A stretch of DNA of 64,000 nucleotides, from assembly GCA_963693365.1 (NCBI GenBank), contig CAVNZM010000007.1, forward strand, positions 1,411,979 through 1,475,978, written 5' to 3'. The position numbers and the translations under genes are program-made. The stretch comes from Amoebidium appalachense. Its lineage: Eukaryota > Protista > Ichthyosporea. Position 1 is the first letter of the stretch; every line of letters begins with the position of its first letter. The notes below the pieces were generated by a model, which worked only from the letters and a program-made list of their open reading frames with translations, was not told the DNA's origin and did not search any database. Of the stretch, positions 1-64,000 are shown piece by piece.

Positions 1-97
<97 letters not shown>

Positions 98-500
98 CCC
101 CTTCACCTGCAACAAAGCCTGTGAACCCGGAACCCTACTCGTGTACTTTCCCTTCCCTTCCCCCCCCCCCCCCCCCCTTCCCCCCTGCAAAAAAAAAAAA
201 AAAAAAAAAAAAATAGAAAACAATGAAGTCACACAGAAACACGAAAACTATCACAGGCCTGTGCACCTATTACTGATCAGTCATTCGACCGAGGTCAACT
301 CGTCAAAGGGAGTCCGAGTCTCACGGCCAACATATAGCTAGGCCTCAGTGCTTGGGGCAAACTTTAGACTCTGCATCTCCCAAGGCTCACCCTTCCTGCC
401 CCCTTCCCCCCATGACACCCCAAAACACGTCGACCAAGCCCCAGGCTGCAGCTGGCAGGCTTGTCCCACCTAAACGTATACATACTTGTTTTACAGTCAA

Positions 501-648
501 CTTTCATTCGATGTCTGGCATCTGTCAGGTCATTTACATACGTGTTTCACTTAATGTCTGGCATCTGGTCAGGTAAACAGTAGTACAAGTTTCACTCATT
601 GTCTATTCATCTGGATTTATATATACATGTTCCACTCATGGTCTATTC
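501..648. repeat. Degenerate minisatellite, ~42-bp unit x ~4
   Basis: Recurring TTTCACT..ATGTCT(GG/ATT)CATCTG units; ATGTCTGGCATCTG occurs twice exactly. Confidence 0.6.
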
Positions 649-1732
649 TCACTAGCAAATAGGCGTTGTTGCTTTGCATATGAAAGAAATGCTTTCACTA
701 TCGGTAACACTAACTCGCTGCACTCCCTGCCCTCAATTTATTCAACATAACACGGATACCCTTTACTAATCACGAATGGCACTCTGTGTACTTTATCTAT
801 GTTAATGCATCTTCCTGTAGTGCACCATGTGCACGAATGTGCTGTGGAGTTTGTGATGAACACCATTGTTGTGTGCCTGGGGGATGTGCGGGTATGTGAT
901 AGTTGGTGCGGTATGGCGCCTTTTTGTGAGCGCATGCACACACACACCTGAGTGTGTGCGCTACCGTCTGTCACGTGTGGTGTGCTTGTGTGGGTGTGTG
1001 TGGGTGTGTTTTTGTGTGCTCAGGTTGACTATCTGTGTTTCTGTGTGTGTGTGCCAGCGCGTGTCCCTGTTGTTAGTGTGAACCGACGTGAGTGCATGTG
1101 CACATGCTTGCATGCACAGTGTGACGTTGTGTGTGTGTAGGTGTGTGCGTGTGTGTGTGTGACTATGTGTGGGTGTGCGTGTGCGTGCGTGCGTGCGTCC
1201 GCGCGTGCGTGGGCTGGTGTGTGAGTGTGTGTGTGTGCGCGCGTGCGTGTGTGTGTGTGGTGTGTGTGTTTTTAATTGTGTGTGACCTTGCGTGCGTACG
1301 CCTGTGTGTGGGTGTGTTTGTGTTGCCTTTGCGTGTACCACAGTGTGTGTGTAGAAGCGTGGAAGTACCAGAGATGTAGGTGTACCTGTAACCATGTTTG
1401 TGCGTGTGGTTGTGTGTGTGCCTACCAGTGTGTGCATGCACATGGACCATCACCACAAACATACACTAACGTACACACTATCACACGACCGACGCCATCA
1501 CTATCATCTTGGTCACCATGTACGCGTGTACTTTCGCGTCGTGCGGGCAAGCCGGCAGAGGCACGGGTGGCCTACAGTATTATTATTCCGTCGTGGCCAT
1601 ACGAGTGGAACAAAAAAAAAACTCCAGAATGCATTGCCACGACTCAAGATAAAACTCGAGTGAGACGGACTGTTGTTACCAACTAGCATGCGTGTAGGTC
1701 TTCGGGTTGCTGTCCTCTGTCTCCGACGATAA

Positions 1733-1763
<31 letters not shown>

Positions 1764-3630
1764 GGCTTTTTTTGCCCTACTGTAGACAGTGGCAGCGCCG
1801 GCGCTTCGCGGCCGAGTGGCGTCTTGGATCCCCCAAAACAACGTGATTGGCGGCATATTTTCAACACTGTACATAGTAATTTTCACCCCACAGATTGTGA
1901 CATGCCTCTAAATCATAGCATCAGAGATTCGAACTTACAATCGTAAATGTTAGTGAGGAAGCCCAGTCTTATATTACTAGTAATATTGTATTTCTTATGG
2001 ATGTTATTAGATGCAGCTCTCTGCCTGATACAAAAGGTTTGTTGCTGGTTCCGCATTTTTATATGTGCTGTTCCCCTAAAATGAAAAGCCCCCCTTGAGG
2101 GTGTAGGGAGTTGATTGCTGGTGCAGGGGACCCGACCAATAGGAAGCTTTAGCATGCTCGGAATGCAGGTCATGACGTGAATGTGACTGACCCATGCCCA
2201 TAACATTACTGGTGGCTCCCTTAGGGTAAACGCATTATTGTTTAGAAAGATTCATTGCATATATTGAATATAGGAACTATCACTTATATTAAAAGCAATA
2301 TGGTAGCTATCTCCTCGCAGTGTTTTGTTTTCGAGGCAGCTTTCTGAGTACTACACGCGCGGCAGATTCCGGGCTGGCTATTGAGCTTTTATTGGTATTT
2401 ACATAGGGACCAATAGGTAGCTTTCATCTGTTTCACCCTAAACCACTGACGCTATGTGGGATAACGCCAATTGTTGGAAGGACAGAATGGCATCGTCACC
2501 AACATCTCGATTGCTATGGCCCACATTGTCCTGATACTGCGCTACAGTCGGTGGCAGCAATATATTCATTACATTTTTTTAAAAAAAATAACTCATATAA
2601 GTTATATTGCAAGAAGAGTTTCACTGCTTTAATTGATAACTTTTATATGAGATATTACACCTAAGTGACCTACAAACAGATCTAATCAGATCTGGAAATG
2701 CACAACGAGATCTCATGCATGAGTCACATTGTCACATGCATCATCTTATGCATTGGGGGCCGCATCGTTCGCGCATCAGACATAAAAGACATCTGAGTGC
2801 ACAAAAATTATGCCAGTGACATTTAAAATAGTACATGGTACGGAAATCCCTGAATAATATTGTTAGATTATCCTTATGTCCCTAATGGAAAGACCAATGA
2901 AATTCAGTTACTCAGTTTTACTAACTTGTGACACTGCAACTTTTTTGTTGTTATGCAACTTCTGAAAATCTTGATATCGGATTATCTGGAAACAATAGCA
3001 GAAATAAATGTGACCAATCATCTCCTCCCCACTACATACCACACCGGATTTTTATCTGGCTGTAGCATGCTATGGACCGGTCCGTGACGTTCTGCCAGCG
3101 TCACACTCGGTCCCGCGCCCGAAACGAGCTTGAGAGGCTGACCTCAAGTGCACCTCCAAGCTTGGTTTTCTTCATATTGATGAGTTGTTCGTTTCACGCG
3201 TATCATTCATGAATACTGGACTATATTTGGCCAAATAATAACCACCGACACATGATGCCGATATCATCGCCTCTCCCTTTCTTTCGTGTCACATCTCCAC
3301 TGCTGATCCTTAGTACTTTCTCCTTTTGCCTAAAACGGTGAAGGCCCATCAGCAAAGATTAACTCAGAACCAAAAACACGCTCTCCACAAAGCACCAAGC
3401 GCATAGTGCTTTTGATGTCGGACGTAGTTATTGCTTCTTGCATATGTAGCAGATAGGCAACTTAATACACCTTTTGCATCGGAGAAAGCAGAACATACAC
3501 TGAACAAGGCACACACACCTCAAACATAATCCCGTAGGTCCTACCTTAGGGCCTCTCCTTGCCACATAAGGCAATATGTCTGCCAGAACATCAACTATTT
3601 TTCAACACTAAGACGCATTCCCTAGCAAGT

Positions 3631-6339
3631 ATGCGGGTGCTTGGCTTGGCGCTATTGTGCGCTCTGGGCTCCAGAGCTGCACAGGTGACGGTCGACCCTT
3701 GCACTCACTGCTTGCAAGACGTTATCGATCATGCACAGAATGGTGATGAAATAGTTCTCAATCCAGGTATTTACACACTCGAAGCACCTTTACATATAAC
3801 AAAAACACTGCATATACGTGGTGCAAAAACACCTAATGGTGAGCCGGCAATCGTTCAGTTGACCAGTAATAGCAAAGTTTCTGAAGGCATTGTTACTTCC
3901 TCGGTTTGGGATGCAGTTTTCGACGATGTTACTTTCAGGCATATAGATCCGAATGGAACACACGAGTGTTCTTTGCTAGAACCTAGCGCCCATAGCACCT
4001 CTCTACAAAATACGATACACACCCCAGATGTCCGTGGAAAAATAATCAATGTCAACGTCGAGCTCGGGCCGTGGTATAAAAGCCGTGCCATTGAACAGGT
4101 GCTATTTTCCAGCTGTTCCCTTTCACCACACGCACCATCGGATATTATCTCTGGGTATTTCTTCAAGCTCCGCGCCACAGGTTGTGCAGCAACAATAGGA
4201 TTTTCCGTTAGTTTGCCAAATCTCCAATCGTGTAACGTGAACATTGCGGAGGTCGGGCCTATGGTTGTGTACCAGGCGGCGTTGGACGTAAGGATAGGTG
4301 AGACCGTGAGACGGACGGGAGCCGGCCAGCCGCTGACTGTACCGATAAGAAGGAGGGTGGACCGTGCAAGCCTTATCAGGTGAGCGAATATCTTACAGAA
4401 ATCTTGCTTACCAACTGCACTTTCCCTCCCCCCCCCCCCCCCCCCCCCCCCCCCCGGCCTCCCCCCCCCCCCTTCCTCCCCTCTCCCCCCCCCCCCCCCC
4501 CCCTTCCCTTTCTCAAAACACGCACATACACACACACATCGTACTCCCCCCCCCCCCCCCCCCCCCCCCCCCCCACCACCACCACCACCACCACCACCAC
4601 TACCACCATCACGCACATACACACCGGGGCGCTCACAACTTTCACCACAAGTCTGGTTCGACGATGGCCCTGCAATAACAACACGCACACACGACGTATA
4701 CACAAGCATATTCTGAACGAATATTCACAACGAAAAAGAAAATGCAAAGAAGCCAAACAAAAAAAAAAGACGCTCAGATGCCCTGTGCATACATAGCTGC
4801 ACCGTATGCATATGCATACTGCTGGCATGGTCTGTGCCCGTAAATAGCACACACGTAAACACCCACGATCCTGCGCAGACATGCACACACACACTTTTGC
4901 ACATACGCCCGGGGTGGTTTCTATGGTTGCACACAGCAGCAGCTAACACCTCCTGGTGATATGCATGTGCACAGCCATGCGCATACACGTACGCTCGGGC
5001 GCGCCTCCGCTCGCATACACACCAACACAAACACGCACAAACATATACACACATGTATATATGTAGATTCATGTAACCAGGTACCTGCTGCTTGTGTCCT
5101 AGAGCAGGATCCCAGAACCCCATATAACGGCAACAAAAACTAACTGAATTTTCTACCAGGATCCAACTGGACAGAAAGGCAAATTCGGTTGCAACGATTA
5201 CATCTACACACCCTACTGTGGATCTTCAACCCGTCATTCACCACCCAGAACCCGGTGCAGCCCATGTTTCGGTCTCCCTTAACCTTCCTAAATACCTACA
5301 TTTACCCGAAAATTCAATTGGTCGAGCCTCCTTCCACCACGGCGGCGCCACATTCACTACCTCGTGGGAAACTACCGGTGAATGTACCAGAACAGACACG
5401 GAAAAATGTATTCCGACTTTAATTCTCGCTCTGCCGGAAGCGGTGCGGACGGGTAACTACATGGTACAGGATCTGTTTCTAGCATGTAAAAGCGACACCC
5501 CGGCACACATATCACGTGCTCTATGCGGAGGGAAGGGCACGGAAGATTCCGGAACGGTGAGCTTTTTTCTCGACCTGCACACAAACACTTCGGCACATGC
5601 GGAACCGGTCGTAATCGAAAACGATTTCGCTTTTGCGTTTGTGGATGATGCTGTCCGCGCCGAGTTGTCTGTGGTTCGGGTTGAGGGGAAGGAGGGGCTC
5701 GAACAAGCACTAAGCACAAGAGAAACCGCGGATTTTGTTCTGAAATTATGGCCGAAAAATCACGAAATTTCGATCCGTGCCGGACGATTGGGGGGACTCT
5801 CAGTGACTAGCTCTTCGTGCCCAACAACGAAACAGATAAGTGTTGGTGGTGGATATGTTTCGTTTTCGGACGGACACGATGCGAGAGAGTTGCGTGCGAG
5901 TGTTAGTGTTCGTGAATTGTTATGCGAGGAAGCATATAGGGTTAAAGGGGAGACACACCCCGTGAGTATTACTGCTTCGGCATTAGCTGAGTATGCAGGA
6001 ACACAAAACACACACGGGAAATCGAAACCGATTTCTCCATTTCTATATAGATATCGCGGGTTGCTTGCAGGGAGAGCGCGTTATTATTACGACTCTCATG
6101 TTGTAGCTTCCATGGATACGTATGTGCGTGTTGAACATGTAGCGGGTGAAAATCGGGTCGATTTGCAGATTTCACAGAATTTTGCATCTTTGGCTGCGGT
6201 ATTTATGTTATGCTTCGTTGCATATTGGCTGGTCAAGGACAGAGCAACACAAATCAGAAAACGGGCACCAAGTTTGGCAAATGTAGTCTCAGGGGATTTG
6301 GATAGTTTCGCGGGTGAAGAATGTGTTGGCACCCGCTAA
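3631..6339 (+). CDS. Two-exon type I membrane/cell-surface protein (~642 aa): signal peptide, pectin-lyase-like N-terminal cap, Cys-containing ectodomain, C-terminal TM helix
   Basis: Exons 3631-4379 and 5160-6339. Donor CAG|GTGAGC, branch-like CTAAC near 5140, acceptor CTACCAG|G. The phase-2 join is in frame (749+1180=1929 nt). The N-terminus MRVLGLALLCALGSRA is hydrophobic. LQDVIDHAQNGDEIVLNPGIY resembles the start of right-handed beta-helix proteins. TM segment FASLAAVFMLCFVAYWLV is followed by basic residues. Confidence 0.8.
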
Positions 6340-6654
6340 AAAAAAGGAAACTCTAGCGAATGTATGTTTATTAATAATTAAGAATTGTATTGTAGTATTG
6401 CCCCATGTATGCATGAAAGACGTTGAAAGGTAAAGTTTATGCATCACCGCCGGTCGGTATGTCTCTATATTGTTATCTCTCTGAACCCCAGAGTGCACCC
6501 CCCCCCCCCCCCCCCCCCCCCCCCGGGGAACTCCCTCTCCAACCCACCGATCCACCCGAAAAGGACCCGCCCAAAATGAAGCCACCAGGCCCGATGGTGT
6601 TTTGTTACACATTATGCATTTTCTTTTTGTGTGTGTGTGTGTGTGTTGGCCCCC

Positions 6655-6689
<35 letters not shown>

Positions 6690-6825
6690 TTTGCATGAGA
6701 GTTTGGGAAACATGAAAGCACAGCCCCCCCCCCCCCCCTTCCCCCCCCCCCACCTTGCCTGTGGCAATGTGTTAAAGTACAACCACTTAGAGCACCGTCT
6801 AATATGTGTCCCAGCTACATTGCAT

Positions 6826-6862
<37 letters not shown>

Positions 6863-7715
6863 TGCGCGCGTCTCCGCTCGCCCGCCTTCCCCCTCTCCGC
6901 CCATTCTCATGATCAACGCACACTCGTGTGTGTGTTTGTTGGTATATCTGTCATGTATTTGGCAACATCAGTCATGTTGACTTTCATATTGTCCTCTCAA
7001 GCACCCGCCCGCCCAACAACACCATCACCCCTCCCACCCAGAGCCTGTTGTGGTCTTAGAATGTTCGCAGTGTTCATAGGCAAGACACACCCTTAGCACC
7101 CTAACTACGTTACAGTCGGTGCTGTGTGGAAGACGGTAATTCCTATGAGGGCCCCCTGTGGTGTTGCTCAGGAAACAAAATTTTGGGATCATTGAATCAA
7201 AAGAACAGTTCATAGGCAAAGTATGTTTCTCTCTATCGGACATATCCCCCCCCCCCCCCCTCCCCCCTTCTCGTCCTAAATTTGGTTTTGCCCACCTCCA
7301 GCCACCGCCTGCCATTTGTTCATTTGCTCATCTCGCTCATACAAGCTATGTTAGTTATTCCCCCGACTATTCGCACACAAACCCCCCCCCCCCCCCCCCC
7401 CCCCCCCCTCTGCATCAAGTTTTTCAAAAGTAAGGTTTGCAAAAGGAAGACACAAAACATATCCATTCAGATATATCTGTAAACCCCACTCTCTCCCCCC
7501 CACCCACCCACCAATCCCACCCCACCCCTATCCCCCCCCCCTCCCGTGCCAATATATCCAACCAATGACCTCGCGTTGTTCTACACCACTCACCAGCACA
7601 CCACATCTACGCTAAACGACCTCAATCTGTTTCACTCTCCCACCCCACTAATATTGCACATCCCCTTTTCGAAGTTGTCATAGTTGTTCCACCTTTGAAG
7701 GATTCTGATTGGCTG

Positions 7716-13962
<6,247 letters not shown>

Positions 13963-14410
13963 TTTTCAGTGTTTCTGGACACTTCATATAAGGCACACAT
14001 GACCCTGAAAGTGAGGGTTCTGAGAAGTTACTGTTACGTGTTCCCTCTAATACAACTAAGTAGGAACACACCTATCTATGTAAACGAGGGAGTATTACTA
14101 ATGAACAAGAAGACGTAGAAAGATGACCATCAAAAAACTAAAAAAATGATCTGGTTTAATGGATGTAAGAGTCAAGCAGCACAAGGGAAATTTCTGCTCT
14201 AAAACCACACAGGCACCAACTCGCTTGCATGTAAGTACTTCGCCAGACCGGGTGGCAGTCGTACTAGATAAAATCCGTTTCAGTTTCCTGTGCACATGTT
14301 TCCTTTTTTTCACTGTTCCGAGCTCGGAGGGGAACCTTTATAATAAAATACGCTATCACATGCTGTGTGTGTTGATCTGTCGTGTGCTGAACTCGGTCAT
14401 CAAAAAGTAA

Positions 14411-14503
14411 GCGCGGGGAAAATGTAATGCTCTGTCACTAAATATGGTAATTAATAACCATATAAAGCTACAATCTGAGTTTTGGCGCGAACAATTGACC
14501 AAT
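14411..14503. promoter_or_regulatory. Putative E2F/DP sites plus CCAAT box upstream of the CDK gene
   Basis: TTTGGCGCGAA at 14481-14491 is a canonical E2F site. GCGCGGGGAAAA at 14411-14422 is E2F-like. CCAAT is at 14499-14503. These lie ~450-540 bp upstream of the CDK ATG (13962). Confidence 0.55.
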
Positions 14504-14610
14504 CACCGTACCGTGCTCAAGAGTCTTGACTGATGATCTGACAACATGTAGTCTCGGGGCCACCCGCTCCTGGTTGCTTGGCAGGCAAGGGTTACATGCA
14601 CGCAAAAACG

Positions 14611-14763
14611 GTCTACTACAGAAAACGAGGCACGCCGTGGCGCACCATCAAACATAGCCCTAAAAAAAGTAGTATCGTTTCTATTTTGTTCCTTTCCACC
14701 CCATAGTAGTGTGAGCACGTTTGATGGCCTACCACGGCGTGCTGCGCGTTTTCTGTAGTAGAC
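14611..14763. mobile_element. MITE-like fold-back element (~153 bp)
   Basis: Arms 14611-14653 and 14719-14763 are inverted repeats. The outer 17 bp (GTCTACTACAGAAAACG) match perfectly, followed by shared GCACGCCGTGG and CCATCAAAC. Confidence 0.65.
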
Positions 14764-14944
14764 ACGTACCGGCACACCTGTGCATGTGCCTGTGCCACGC
14801 TTGCATGCCGAGGTGAATGCCGAGGCCCGCCATTACATAATAATGCCGCGGTGGATATGCATACAAGCAGGTCTGTAGGTCTGCCAAGGTGAGTCTTGGG
14901 GTCTGAAAAACTCAGTGTGGGGTCTGACTGGTGTGATACACTGA

Positions 14945-14983
<39 letters not shown>

Positions 14984-15046
14984 CCTCCAACCTCTAATAC
15001 ACCCCCCTCCCCCCCCCCCCCCCACACACACACACGCACGCACACA

Positions 15047-15077
<31 letters not shown>

Positions 15078-15380
15078 GCGCGCGCGCGTACACACCTCTG
15101 TCCCCCCGGCCTGCATATATAGCTGCGCTCCGACGGTGATCTCCGGCCGAGACACCTGGCTGCCGGTGGGTGGCAAAATTAATATTATCGTTTTTTGGTC
15201 GTCCGTGCATGGATAAGTTTTTGTGGTGGCCATCACCCCTACCGGTACCATGACATGTACTCCGGTTAGTTGGTTGGGGTACGTGTGGGCCGGGCCGACG
15301 TGCACTGCCCGGATGTATGCACATTCAATTTCAAATTGGTGGAGTAAATCTTTGTGTACATGTGTGTGCGTGCACGTGTG

Positions 15381-15415
<35 letters not shown>

Positions 15416-16259
15416 TGTGGTGGTGGTGGTGGTGGTGGTGGTGGGGGGGGGGGGGGGGGGGGGGAGGGAGGGAAGGGGGCATGGGGGGGGGGGGGGGGGA
15501 TGATGTGGGTGGCAGGTGGGTGCGCACGTGGGGTGGGGTGCACGTGTGAGGGGGTGGGGGCGCATACAAAACTATTGGAAGATTGCAGCCAAAGTTTATT
15601 TTCTGACCACTCTTTCGTTAGCAAAATCACTACATACACCTTGCCTACAGTGTACAAATCGCCAAACCTGTTGTTACGTGACGCTAATCGTAAACTGCAA
15701 GGATATGTATGCAGGGGTTTATATTTACGTTCATATGTGCTTTTTTAGGTCACATTGATACCAAGAAAAACGTGAAAAGCGGCTTACTGTGTAAATTATG
15801 CAACTGATCGTAAACTATTCAGTTCCTTGAATGAAGGTGTTTCTCACTGTACGGTGTAAGCTGTTATCATACCTTTCCCGAAAATCTACCTATGTACACA
15901 CTACATATCAGCTAGGTATGCATAGTTATTCGCCACCTATTAAATGGTTCAACCCTCCAGATATCCGTGCAGTTTTAAGGAACCAAGAGTCCCACGTAAG
16001 AACGAAACACGTACTACACACACACGTCTTCAGCTCAACTTTCATGCATTCATCCAATATACCCCCCCCCCCTCCCCCCCCCCCCCCCCCCCCCCCCCAA
16101 ACACACACACACCCTCCCCCCCCCCGAACACACACACACATGTACCACAGCCTTCCCCCCTCCAGCCCCTTCCCCCCTCCCCTGCGCCGCATAGAAACAC
16201 ACACTTCCTCAACAAACGGCAGAATACCAAAACCAAACTAAAGGCTTCTAAACATGTCA

Positions 16260-52529
<36,270 letters not shown>

Positions 52530-53065
52530 CTTCGTTCCCCTTCCCCCCTGTGGGGTGTATCTGACCTAAACTGAGTCTAGATCCAATCCTCACCAAATCC
52601 ACTGATTAACTAACAGTAGACTAACAAAGAAACATGAACTGATACCATTGCACACACTCGTCAACTGGCGCATAAATGTCCTTTAAAACGTGTATAGCTA
52701 AAGAGGTCATGCCAGTGTGTGCGTACACACCCCTATATGATCCGCAAAAGCCCCTCCGGATCCTTATCTTGTTTTCTTTTCAAGTTCCGAGCGACTGCAG
52801 CGCTTCTGACACTCTGAAGTGCCCGGCAAAAAAGAAAAAGTTTGTGACTTTCAGAAAAGTTGGCTTGATCGAAGCAGATAAGCCTAAATTAGCTAAAGAC
52901 GAAGCAACGTGATTCGGTGAATAAAATCGAAGTTGTATGCTGATTGATTCGATACTCTCGACACAAACGAGGATTTCTTGTTTTTGTATTATTTTGGTGT
53001 ATCTCGTTGGATATCCGGTGAAGCTGTCTAAGCGACAGTATATCGTTGTGTCTGTGTCAACTGTA

Positions 53066-53067
<2 letters not shown>

Positions 53068-53128
<61 letters not shown>
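53068..53128. repeat. (TA)n microsatellite between the GH31 3' end and the HEATR5 start
   Basis: Visible directly. Confidence 0.95.
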
Positions 53129-53131
<3 letters not shown>

Positions 53132-53391
53132 CCCTAGATCTGGTGCCTTGCTCCAGAAAAATACATCATAAGGAAGAAAAAAAATCTCAATATCATAAAA
53201 CTAAATAAAAAAAAGTAGGAATATTAGTCGATCACAACATGGTACCCGGGCCGGTTCAGGAAGATTATCAAAATTATTCCTTTTTTCACGGTAGAACATG
53301 CCCTTTGAGATAATCAAGAGGGGTATGTAGGTATTTGGGTTGGTGGTACCGTGATGGTACGGTGGCCGGTACTGGTGGTCACAGTGGTGGT

Positions 53392-53476
<85 letters not shown>

Positions 53477-53877
53477 GGGGCGGGGGGAGGGGGGGAAGGG
53501 GGGGGAGGGGGGGGGGGGGGGGGGGAGGGGTAAAATGGGAGCTTATAAGTTTCTTCAGACATCCTCCTGTTTAGGCATAGTGAAATGGAGATAAACGTTT
53601 ATGATGGTGGTACGGTTTTTCCCCCTTTCCCACTTATGCCTGGACCTTCAACCGTGTTGATTTTTTTTGTCGTTTCAAACTTGCAACTTAAAGTCTTAAT
53701 GTTGACCAATAATAGAAATTGATCCACTCTCACAGAGAGCGCCATATGCTTATCAAAGTAATGCACACAGTATAGGACTAAAAGCTAGATTGAGATAGAA
53801 AAAGAAAACAAAAAATATCGATTTTTTTGACTTTAAAGTTGGCCAATCAGACATGATTTTCATCTAGTAACAGCCAA

Positions 53878-63830
<9,953 letters not shown>

Positions 63831-64000
63831 CTGGTGAGGGTGGTGGCCATGTTAGTGGTGGTGGTGGATGTGACGGGGGGGTGTGGGGTGGGGTGGGCTG
63901 GGGGGGTTGGGTGGGTGGGTGGGTGGGTGGGTGGGGGGGGGGGGGGGGGGGGAGGGGGAGGAATGATCTTGCATAAGAGGTGAAGGGGTGGAGATTTTTT

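Noticed and set aside
100-1750. Exon-like fragments near the window start (107-135, 282-338, 1480-1570)
   Set aside because: They are short, have no recognisable motifs and cannot be assembled into a phase-consistent gene.
53692-53832. TTAA|AGTC...GACT|TTAA segment of 141 bp
   Set aside because: The TIR is only ~4 bp and there is no internal similarity to the 43473 family; it could be chance.

Overview
Eukaryotic, intron-rich genomic DNA. The introns are packed with poly-G/poly-C tracts and microsatellites; most ORFs in the supplied track are repeat artefacts. The lineage cannot be fixed from sequence alone, although a unicellular opisthokont such as an ichthyosporean is plausible. By hand-splicing on GT/GC-AG sites with consistent phases I reconstruct four genes: (1) a 2-exon, ~642-aa type I membrane protein (+, 3631-6339); (2) a divergent CDK1/2-type kinase with PSSILRE and DLG motifs (-, 13962 to 7716/7025), with an E2F+CCAAT element upstream; (3) a 43-exon, ~1904-aa HEATR5/Laa1 gene (-, 52529-16260) with two GC-AG introns; (4) the 3' ~1356 aa of a bacterial-type GH31 alpha-N-acetylgalactosaminidase (Nag31-like) fused to CBM32, NPCBM, HYR and lectin-like modules (-, >63830-53878). 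The most unusual unexplained structure is a ~130-145-nt repeat family dispersed through the HEATR5 introns. All copies are co-oriented, have a terminal GC hairpin and end in a C-rich/poly-C tract on the pre-mRNA strand. Also present: TTAA-flanked Kolobok-like MITEs, other inverted-repeat elements, a ~140-unit CCUG array, and a 5-copy repeat spaced by CA microsatellites.
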